From a virus (Duplodnaviria; Caudoviricetes), in the IMG/VR virus record IMGVR_UViG_3300038554_000001, positions 1-25,014 of that record: a stretch of DNA of 25,014 nucleotides. One strand, given 5' to 3'. The position numbers and the translations under genes are program-made. This document shows, piece after piece, positions 23,664 through 25,014 of this stretch; positions within the stretch are counted from its first letter, which is position 1; each line of letters begins with the position of its first letter. Under the pieces are notes generated by a model. It was not told the DNA's origin. It ran no database searches and saw only the letters and a program-made list of their open reading frames with translations.

Positions 23664-25014
23664 ATGCCCCTGTCATACAATGAGTACGCGGGTGATGGTT
23701 CCAATCGGAACTTCCCCGTGTCGTTCGAGTACATCAACAAGACGCACGTGACGGTCAAAGTGGACGGCGTGGCTGCCCCGTTCACATGGATCAACAGCGG
23801 CTCGGTGCGGTTGGCTACAGCCCCGGCCGCGGGTGCTGTTGTGGACGTGAGGAGAAAGACCCCCGACAACGTCCGCCTCGTGGACTTCGTGGATGGCTCC
23901 ACCCTCACGGAAGGGGACCTCGACCAAGCCCTCAAGCAGTTCCTCTTCCTGTCCCAAGAGGCCCTAGACTTCGCCCGTTCCCCCGGCCCTGCGGGTCCTC
24001 CTGGGGGTGGGGGAACCAACGATTACAACGCCCTCAGCAACAAGCCGTTACTGAAGGAAGGCGCCTTCCGGGACGTAGGCAACACCGAAGGAACGCTTGC
24101 CGCGGGTAATGATCCGCGATTTGCGGACATCGCAGCGGGTAACCCGGTCTTCAACCGTCAGGCCACGGGGGGGCGCGCGCGGACCTTCAAGGAGGCCATG
24201 AGCGAAAACAGCGTCGATGTCCGTGAGTTCCTGACACCCGAGATGTTCGCCGGGACTACCGATGCCGGCCCTGCTCTCAACGCCTGTGCCGCGTACTGTC
24301 GCCTCTCTGGGCGCCGCGTGATGTCCTTCCAGGACTTCGCCGGGACACTCCTAGTGAACACCACCGTGGATTATTCTGGCCTTCATGTGAAGGGTCCAGG
24401 CACGGGTTGTGATGAGTCTACCTACATCCTGACCACCGCCAACGTCACCACCTTCCAAGCCACCGGAAGTTCCAGCGCGTTCACGGGTATGCGTGTCGAG
24501 CACCTGGGCAGCGGGCGCTTGGTCAACGTGCCGAACGGTATCAACCATGTCGTGCGTGGAAACAAGTTCAACGCGTCTACACCGGGGACGACTGGTGGGG
24601 TCGTTTGCTATGGCGGCAGTAACGTCTACATCGATGAGAATATCATCACGAACATGCGTACCGCTGCGTATGCGACGGAGTGCGTGAGAGCCTCGGACGA
24701 TCTTTGCATTAACACCCGCATCTCTCGGAACTACTACGGTGGAACCGGCAAGGGCATCTTGGTTGCGGCTGACGGAAACTACGCCACGAACGCCAACGGG
24801 AAGACACCCGGCACGCCCCGGCATCGCCCTGAGGGTGTGGAGATCATCAGCAACCAGAGCATCCTTACAGGCGGCGCGTTTGTAGAGATCACTGCGGGCC
24901 TCAACGTCCGCATCGTCAGCAACATGATCGATCAGGCCCCGACGATTGGCGGCGTCATCCTTGTTCCTCAAGGAACGATCCCTGAGCTTGCTATCCAGGG
25001 TGTTCAGATCGTCG
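23664..25014 (+). CDS. tail fibre/tailspike (gp17-like anchor plus probable beta-helix depolymerase), 3' truncated
   Basis: Open frame from ATG 23664 (AGGA RBS) to the window end, absent from the ORF track because it has no stop. YAGDGSNRNFPVSFEY...V.V.RKTP...LVDFVDGSTL...DLD is the T7 tail-fibre N-terminal pattern, followed by VDVREF..DAGPALNA and beta-helix-like I..N.I repeats. Confidence 0.9.
   Translation, partial: MPLSYNEYAGDGSNRNFPVSFEYINKTHVTVKVDGVAAPFTWINSGSVRLATAPAAGAVVDVRRKTPDNVRLVDFVDGSTLTEGDLDQALKQFLFLSQEALDFARSPGPAGPPGGGGTNDYNALSNKPLLKEGAFRDVGNTEGTLAAGNDPRFADIAAGNPVFNRQATGGRARTFKEAMSENSVDVREFLTPEMFAGTTDAGPALNACAAYCRLSGRRVMSFQDFAGTLLVNTTVDYSGLHVKGPGTGCDESTYILTTANVTTFQATGSSSAFTGMRVEHLGSGRLVNVPNGINHVVRGNKFNASTPGTTGGVVCYGGSNVYIDENIITNMRTAAYATECVRASDDLCINTRISRNYYGGTGKGILVAADGNYATNANGKTPGTPRHRPEGVEIISNQSILTGGAFVEITAGLNVRIVSNMIDQAPTIGGVILVPQGTIPELAIQGVQIV

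Larger units (their letters stand above)
1..25014 (+). mobile_element. T7-like (Autographiviridae-type) phage or prophage segment: replication and morphogenesis modules
   Basis: All credible genes are on the + strand, tightly packed, and in T7 order (gp4, 5, 5.7, 6, 6.5, 7.3, 8, 9, 10, 11, 12, 13, 14, 15, 16, 17). No host genes or att site are visible, so free phage versus prophage cannot be decided. Confidence 0.96.

Overview
The whole window is one + strand stretch of a GC-rich T7-like podovirus (Autographiviridae-type) genome or prophage, with T7 gene order. It runs from primase/helicase, nucleotidyltransferase, family A DNA polymerase, gp5.7-like, exonuclease, gp1.7/DUF3310-like, gp6.5/7.3-like, portal and scaffold, through major capsid, tail tubular A/B and internal virion proteins gp13-16, to a tail fibre/spike cut by the window end. 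The main departures from T7 are: (1) a dispersed near-palindromic motif, TACCCA-N4-TGGGTA-like, with six copies right after stop codons and one inverted copy inside an ORF (operator/stoperator, phage RNAP promoter or cassette boundary); (2) a holin plus Rz/Rz1 spanin cassette between scaffold and capsid genes; (3) a hairpin-rich 210-nt leader before the capsid gene; (4) a two-gene putative head-spike module after the capsid terminator; (5) a gp5.7-like gene that appears to start inside the polymerase gene; (6) apparent avoidance of RGATCY and several 6-bp palindromes. All homology calls come from motif recognition and synteny by eye; no database search was run.
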